NCBI GenBank assembly: GCA_942492995.1
Contig: OW818653.1
Coordinates: forward strand, 720,001-752,000
Length of the DNA stretch: 32,000 nt
Origin: an uncultured Erysipelotrichaceae bacterium
GTDB taxonomy: Bacteria; Bacillota_I; Bacilli_A; Erysipelotrichales; Erysipelotrichaceae
Reading direction: 5' to 3'
Shown here: positions 26,634 to 32,000 of the stretch, one piece after another
Layout: every line of letters starts with the position of its first letter
Numbering within the stretch: the stretch's first letter is position 1
The notes under the pieces: model-generated
The model's input: only the letters and a program-made list of their open reading frames with translations
Told to the model about the DNA's origin: nothing
The model's database searches: none
Program-made: the position numbers and the translations under genes

Positions 26634-27614
26634 ATGCAAAATATCGAACATAAACTCGTACATTGGTACTTAGAACATAAACGTGAATTACCTTTTAGAT
26701 TGAATCAAGATCCATATAGAGTTTGGATCAGTGAAATTATGGCTCAACAGACACAAATTGATACACTTATTCCTTATTATGAACGTTGGATGAGTAAATA
26801 TCCTACATTAAATGATTTAGTAATTTCAGAAGATGATGATTTATATAAGTTATGGGAAGGTCTTGGTTACTATTCACGGGTTAGAAATATTAAGAAAGCA
26901 TCACTAATGCTCGCAAATGAATTTAATCTATTTTTTCCTACGAATAAGAAAGATATAGAATCACTTCCAGGAATTGGTGATTACACATCAAGCGCAATCG
27001 CATCCATTTGTTTTAATGAAAAAACAGCCGCAATCGATGGGAATGTTAAGCGTGTGATTAGTCGATTATTCTGTATAGAGGAATCGGATGATAAAAAATT
27101 ATTTTATGGTTTTACTAAATCTACGATTGAATCTTGGATGGAACATGTAGAACCAACACATCTTACACAAGCATTAATGGAATTAGGTGCACTTATTTGT
27201 AATAAACCTGCGAAATGTGAAATTTGTCCATTGAATAAGAACTGTAAAGCATATTTAACCGATACCGTTAAAATGTATCCAATCCCAACAAAACAATTAG
27301 TTAAAAAGGAAGAGGATATAAATGTATTATTAATCGTTAATGAGGATAATAAGTTCGCATTAACCTTAGATCATAATGATTCATTGATGAAAGAATATTA
27401 TCGATTACCTAGAGTTGATCAAATTCAAAATATAAACATTACATTTGATAGAACCATTAAACATGTATTTAGCCATAAAATATGGAATATCAATTTCTAT
27501 CGTGGTGAAACGGATACATTAATCGATAATTTCATTTGGGTCACAAAAAAAGAGAGTGAATCACTCCCTATTATTACTGCTCATCGAAATTATCTAAAAG
27601 AAAAATTTCTTTAA
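26634..27614 (+). CDS. mutY: A/G-specific adenine DNA glycosylase
   Basis: LPFRLNQDPYRVWISEIMAQQTQ, the HhH-GPD region LPGIGDYTSSAIASI, and the FeS motif CNKPAKCEICPLNKNC (C-x6-C-x2-C-x5-C). Confidence 0.88.
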   Translation: MQNIEHKLVHWYLEHKRELPFRLNQDPYRVWISEIMAQQTQIDTLIPYYERWMSKYPTLNDLVISEDDDLYKLWEGLGYYSRVRNIKKASLMLANEFNLFFPTNKKDIESLPGIGDYTSSAIASICFNEKTAAIDGNVKRVISRLFCIEESDDKKLFYGFTKSTIESWMEHVEPTHLTQALMELGALICNKPAKCEICPLNKNCKAYLTDTVKMYPIPTKQLVKKEEDINVLLIVNEDNKFALTLDHNDSLMKEYYRLPRVDQIQNINITFDRTIKHVFSHKIWNINFYRGETDTLIDNFIWVTKKESESLPIITAHRNYLKEKFL

Positions 27615-28478
27615 CGTATATTTGAACTCAAATATACTTTTTTTATTTAATATCGCTGTTTCATAGCCTAATTTAATTGCGGCTTGACCATTTCCAAACG
27701 AGAATATACCGATTTTCTTATCGAAAACATTAATGTTGTAGTCAGTTAAACTTAACATCGCATTCGTGGATTGGTTTGCCATTAAATTAATAATGCGACC
27801 ACCTATTTCGGTAACCTTAGTACTCATTTGATAATCATTGAAATCATCCATAGATATCGAAAGTATTTTATTGAATCCCATATCACGCATTGGCGCAACA
27901 GGTACATTCATTAATACTCCACCATCGACCAACTGCATATCACGATAATCCATTGTCGCAAATACCATTGGGAAAGAACATGAAGCACGTATCGCATCAA
28001 TTAATAACACATCATCTAAGATGATAAAGTATTTGAAACGCGTTTTAATTAATTCTTTTTGATTCGTAAAATAAACAATCTTTCCACTTACAAGATCAAC
28101 AGATGTTATAACAAGCGGTAATTTAACATCCTTGATGTATTTAATATTATATTGCGCTAATTCATCTTCAATAATCTTCACAAATCGTGTTGGATCGATA
28201 AGACCTGTAATGGTTCGCGTTAACAATGGAAATACTTGTGCATTCGATGCGTTCAATAAATTCTCATCCATTATTGTTTTCTCAAGATTAAGCAAAGATT
28301 TTTCAATCTGATCAATCGGAATTTCTTGCGCCATTAATGTCGCCACAATCGATCCCATACTTGTTCCAGAAAAACCATCAAACTTAAAACCACATTCTTT
28401 CAAGTAGCGTAATACACCTACCTGACTAAATGCTTTGATTCCTCCACCACTTAACGCAATACCTAAATTTTTACGCAT
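27594..28478 (-). CDS. Patatin-like phospholipase
   Basis: The oxyanion motif ALSGGGIKAF, the nucleophile elbow GTSMGS (GxSxG) and the catalytic Asp motif LVDGGV are present. An AGGGGAA SD precedes it. It starts 7 nt after the zwf stop. Confidence 0.8.
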   Translation of the reverse strand: MRKNLGIALSGGGIKAFSQVGVLRYLKECGFKFDGFSGTSMGSIVATLMAQEIPIDQIEKSLLNLEKTIMDENLLNASNAQVFPLLTRTITGLIDPTRFVKIIEDELAQYNIKYIKDVKLPLVITSVDLVSGKIVYFTNQKELIKTRFKYFIILDDVLLIDAIRASCSFPMVFATMDYRDMQLVDGGVLMNVPVAPMRDMGFNKILSISMDDFNDYQMSTKVTEIGGRIINLMANQSTNAMLSLTDYNINVFDKKIGIFSFGNGQAAIKLGYETAILNKKSIFEFKYTLKKFFF

Positions 28479-28485
28479 AGTTCCC

Positions 28486-29913
28486 CTAGTATGTTACTTC
28501 ATCTTCATCTAACCACTTAAATCCATCTTTGTGAAGCATAATGTCTGCTTCTAGTGGACCTTGTGTGTTCGCAGGATAATAAACAAGCTTTCGACCCTCT
28601 GTTTTTACTTTCGTTCTCACAGCTTCTCCAAAACGCCAACACATCTCAACCATTGGCCATGGTGTAAATAATGTATCATCATGTCCAAACGCATCATCAA
28701 TTAATCGTTCATATGCTTCAGGTGTATTGATGCGATTTTCTAAGATACAACTTTGACAAAAATCCATTTGTACATCTGTAATTGTATTTAATGTCCCTGG
28801 TTTCTTCGCATTAAACATTAAACTAACCCCTTCATCAGGTTGAACTTTGATGGTTAGTACTTCGCGATGTAAATTCTCATAAAGTTGTGATGAGGATGGT
28901 TTAAATACGATTTTAATATAAGTCGCACGATTCTTTAATCGCTTACCCGTTCTTAAATAGATTGGAATCTCTTTTAAAACGCCTTTTCTAATATGTATTT
29001 TAACAGCCGCATACGTTTCGATTTTAGAATTTGGATTAACATTCGTTTCATTACGATACGCTAAATAGTCTTCATTTGTATCATATTGTCCTAGAACTAA
29101 ATCGTTTAGTTCAATTTCTTCGAGTACTTTCATCTGTTTTTCTAACATATCTGTACTTGTAAGTGTCTTTGGTTTTTCCATTAACACATAGCTCATAATC
29201 TGCATTAAATGATTCTGTAACATATCTTTCAATGCGCCGGCTTGTTCATAATACGAACCACGTGTTTCAACCCCTACGATTTCAGATGCGGTAATTTGAA
29301 TTTGTTCGATATCATCAGAATTCCAAACTGATTCAAATAATCGATTCCCGAATCGTATCGCAAGGATATTCTGTATCATTTCTTTACCAAGATAATGATC
29401 AATATGATAAATATTCATTTCGCCAAATAATTCACTTAAATGTTTATTCACTTCTTTCGCATGTTCTAAACTATCTCCAAATGGTTTTTCAAGAATTACT
29501 CGATGTTTAAAATCTTGGATATAGTTCACATGATTAAGTCCATCCGCAATCGTATTGAAATACTCTGGCGCTACCGCAAAGTAGTATAGATTATCAAGAC
29601 CGATTGGGTAATCTAATAAAGTTATATACGCTTCTTTTTTAGTGAACTCCATTTTTATGTATTCTATCTGTTGTACAAATTGATTAAATGTTTCTTGATC
29701 AAAGGTAAAACGACTTTGTTTTTTAACCCATGGTTCAATGATTGCGATATATTCTTCTTTCGTGAAGTCTTTACGCCCAATACATCGAATGACATAATCT
29801 TCATTTAAGCGTCCGCGATGTTTTAAATGATACAGTGCAGGTAAAAGTTTGCGATATGTTAAATCACCTGTTGAACCAAAGATGGTAAATACTAAACTTG
29901 GATTCTTAAACAT
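28486..29913 (-). CDS. zwf: Glucose-6-phosphate 1-dehydrogenase
   Basis: FTIFGSTGDLTYRKLLPALY (NADP site) and IDHYLGKE (active site). The start is set at ATG 29913 (MFKNPSLVF), overlapping the gnd stop by 8 nt (ATGTTTAA). The ORF-track start is 29949. Confidence 0.92.
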   Translation of the reverse strand: MFKNPSLVFTIFGSTGDLTYRKLLPALYHLKHRGRLNEDYVIRCIGRKDFTKEEYIAIIEPWVKKQSRFTFDQETFNQFVQQIEYIKMEFTKKEAYITLLDYPIGLDNLYYFAVAPEYFNTIADGLNHVNYIQDFKHRVILEKPFGDSLEHAKEVNKHLSELFGEMNIYHIDHYLGKEMIQNILAIRFGNRLFESVWNSDDIEQIQITASEIVGVETRGSYYEQAGALKDMLQNHLMQIMSYVLMEKPKTLTSTDMLEKQMKVLEEIELNDLVLGQYDTNEDYLAYRNETNVNPNSKIETYAAVKIHIRKGVLKEIPIYLRTGKRLKNRATYIKIVFKPSSSQLYENLHREVLTIKVQPDEGVSLMFNAKKPGTLNTITDVQMDFCQSCILENRINTPEAYERLIDDAFGHDDTLFTPWPMVEMCWRFGEAVRTKVKTEGRKLVYYPANTQGPLEADIMLHKDGFKWLDEDEVTY

Positions 29914-31318
29914 CTTTTCCCCAGCTTTCAAAATGGAATGATCCATCACGATCTAAACGTTCAAAGGTATGTGCTCCGAAATAATCACGTTGTGCTTGAA
30001 CTAAATTAGTTGAGAGTGAACTACTACGATACGCATCATAATAACTTATTGCGGAGTTTAGTGCAGGTACAGGAATTCCTGAAAGTATCGAAATAGCGTT
30101 TACTTCACGTAATGCGCTTAATCCTTCTTTTACGATATTCATAAAGTAATCATCGAGTAATAAGTTTTCTAGTTTAGGATTCTTTTCATATGCTTCCGCG
30201 ATACGATTTAAGAATTGTGCACGTATAATACATCCACCTCTAAATATTTTAGATATTGCCTTAAAGTCTAAATCCCAATTGTAATGTTTTGCGGCTTCTT
30301 TTAATAATACAAAGCCTTGTGCATACGATACGATTTTAGCTAAATATAACGCTAAACGAACTTTTTCGATAAAGTCTTCACGATTTACTGTTTGCGTAAT
30401 TATATTAACTGGTAATACCGTTTGAGCATGTAGTCTTTCGTCTCTTCTAGCTGAAATAAAACGAGCAAATACAGCACTTGTAATAACTGAAGTATGGATA
30501 CCTAAATCCATTGATTCTTTAGTAGTCCATATACCTGTACCCTTTTGACCTGCATTATCCTTTATTACATCGATAATGTCATTATCAGATAAATCGTCTT
30601 TTGTTTTAAATATTTGACTAGTAATCTCAATTAAATATGAATTTAAATCACCTTTATTCCAACTCGTAAATACATCAGCTAATTCTTTATTGTTTAAACC
30701 ACCAACATCTTTTAAGAGTTGGTATGCTTCAGAAATCAATTCCATGTCTCCATATTCAATGCCATTGTGCACCATTTTAACGTAGTGCCCTGCCCCATCA
30801 CTTCCGATGTAGGTTGTACATGGTTCTCCATCAACTTTAGCAGAGATAGCCTCTAGAATCGGTTTTAAGTAGGTATGTGCTTCAATACTGCCACCAGGCA
30901 TGATAGCTGGACCAAATCGAGCTCCTTCTTCACCACCTGAAACACCCATACCAACAAAATTGAACCCAAGTTCTTTATAATACTTTTCACGACGAATGGT
31001 ATCAAGATAGAAAGAGTTACCAGCATCTACGACAATATCACCTTTATCAATTAAAGGTATAAGTTGATCAAGAATCGCATCAACAGGTTTACCTGCTTTA
31101 ACCATTAGAATTATTTTACGAGGACTTTCTAGTTGTGCCACTAAATCTTCTAGGGTTGTTGCGCCAACCAATCCTGAATTTGGATTTTCATTTAAAACTT
31201 CATTCATAACATCCGTTGTACGGTTATATATAACAACCGAATAACCATGATCTACGATATTTAGGGCAAGATTCTTACCCATTACTGCCATTCCTATAAC
31301 TCCAATATTTTTTTTCAT
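29906..31318 (-). CDS. gnd: 6-phosphogluconate dehydrogenase (decarboxylating)
   Basis: IGVIGMAVMGKNLALN, GMGVSGGEEGAR, GAGHYVKMVHNGIEYGDM, 470 aa. Confidence 0.95.
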   Translation of the reverse strand: MKKNIGVIGMAVMGKNLALNIVDHGYSVVIYNRTTDVMNEVLNENPNSGLVGATTLEDLVAQLESPRKIILMVKAGKPVDAILDQLIPLIDKGDIVVDAGNSFYLDTIRREKYYKELGFNFVGMGVSGGEEGARFGPAIMPGGSIEAHTYLKPILEAISAKVDGEPCTTYIGSDGAGHYVKMVHNGIEYGDMELISEAYQLLKDVGGLNNKELADVFTSWNKGDLNSYLIEITSQIFKTKDDLSDNDIIDVIKDNAGQKGTGIWTTKESMDLGIHTSVITSAVFARFISARRDERLHAQTVLPVNIITQTVNREDFIEKVRLALYLAKIVSYAQGFVLLKEAAKHYNWDLDFKAISKIFRGGCIIRAQFLNRIAEAYEKNPKLENLLLDDYFMNIVKEGLSALREVNAISILSGIPVPALNSAISYYDAYRSSSLSTNLVQAQRDYFGAHTFERLDRDGSFHFESWGKDV

Positions 31319-31364
31319 ACTTGATCTCCTTATATTTATTGTATCGTAATTAGTAATAAATTCA

Positions 31365-31919
31365 TTATTCTTTTATAATAATTTCTTCTAAATTCTTTCT
31401 GATTCCTGGAAACTCACGTGCTTGTTGAGATTCACTTAATGAAGATGATTCACCATGATATCCAACCGCAATCATAAGTAAGACACTAAAGTCATCACTT
31501 ATTTTAAATGTATTACGAATCATTTCTTTATCAAACCCTCCCATACTATGTGCGATTAATCCGCGTTTTGTGGCTTCTAAACTAAGGAATGCAAAAGCGG
31601 ATCCAGCATCAAATTGATGATAAGAATTTTCTTTACCATTCTTAGTATGTGTACGTTTAGAGATTAATGCGATTAAAAGTGGTGCGTGTTGAGCCCATTC
31701 ATAATTAGATGGTGTTAGTGATGATTGTAATAATTTTAATGTTTCTGGATCAAATCCAATAATAAATCGCCATGGCTGTTCATTAACCGAAGATGGCGCA
31801 TACGATGCGGCTTCAATCATCGCATAAACATCTTCTTTTGTTACTTGTTTTGTACTAAATGCTCTAGCAGACCATCTTTCCTTAATTTCTTTTAATATTT
31901 CATACTTAAATGTTCTCAT
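31365..31919 (-). CDS. Nitroreductase family protein
   Basis: IKERWSARAFS.., ..APSSVNEQPWRF.. are typical of NfnB/NfsA-like FMN nitroreductases. The start is set at ATG 31919 (GAGGT SD) rather than 31961. Confidence 0.8.
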   Translation of the reverse strand: MRTFKYEILKEIKERWSARAFSTKQVTKEDVYAMIEAASYAPSSVNEQPWRFIIGFDPETLKLLQSSLTPSNYEWAQHAPLLIALISKRTHTKNGKENSYHQFDAGSAFAFLSLEATKRGLIAHSMGGFDKEMIRNTFKISDDFSVLLMIAVGYHGESSSLSESQQAREFPGIRKNLEEIIIKE

Positions 31920-31944
31920 TTTTACCTCAAAGTTCAATGGGTTG

Positions 31945-31953
31945 ATTATACCA
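31945..31953 (-). promoter_or_regulatory. Extended -10 promoter element (TGgTATAAT) upstream of the nitroreductase gene
   Basis: The minus strand reads CATGGTATAATC about 25 nt upstream of the ATG at 31919. Confidence 0.5.
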
Positions 31954-32000
31954 TGACGCATCTTTCGTCTTATTTTATATGCTCAATTAAAAACCAAAGA

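Noticed and set aside
27594-28478. The patatin-like phospholipase as a CBASS (CapV-like) or other anti-phage effector
   Set aside because: No CD-NTase or cyclase, SAVED/STING sensor, or other defence gene is adjacent. The gene is embedded in the gnd-zwf operon, so a housekeeping lipid hydrolase is more likely.

Overview
This is a housekeeping chromosomal window from a low-GC Gram-positive bacterium (about mid-30s % GC by eye). It uses the standard genetic code, with TGA as a stop. T-box leaders, a cre-like box and a clostridial-type Rex box fit Bacillota, possibly a Clostridia- or Erysipelotrichia-like lineage. I support 27 protein genes, 22 of them on the minus strand. In window order they are: ileS (5' 812 codons, runs off the left edge) behind an Ile T-box leader; divIVA; sepF; hpf; an M19 dipeptidase; a zinc phospholipase-C-like protein; a DUF2779-type nuclease-like protein; ald; a plus-strand maoC-bcd-etfB-etfA operon; a minus-strand ADP-ribosylglycohydrolase / PfkB kinase / beta-propeller lactonase (pgl-type) block; ppdK; valS preceded by a GNAT acetyltransferase and a T-box leader; a tightly coupled typA-tgt-queA-queH block; mutY; and nitroreductase-gnd-zwf-patatin. 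I found no rRNA or tRNA genes, CRISPR array, transposase, integrase, phage genes or recognisable defence island, so I cannot point to a clear-cut novel system. The observations most worth follow-up are: (1) a GNAT acetyltransferase sitting between a T-box riboswitch and valS and overlapping valS; (2) a translationally coupled yegU/yegV-like ARH-PfkB pair of unknown substrate followed by a lactonase; (3) a DUF2779 / Zn-PLC-like / dipeptidase trio packed behind ald; (4) a structured typA-mutY intergenic region with an SD-like or C-rich hairpin loop, a mini-ORF and an apparently leaderless mutY; (5) a near-perfect Rex operator in front of maoC-bcd-etfBA. All calls come from reading the sequence and the ORF track and from memory of protein families. 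No searches were run.
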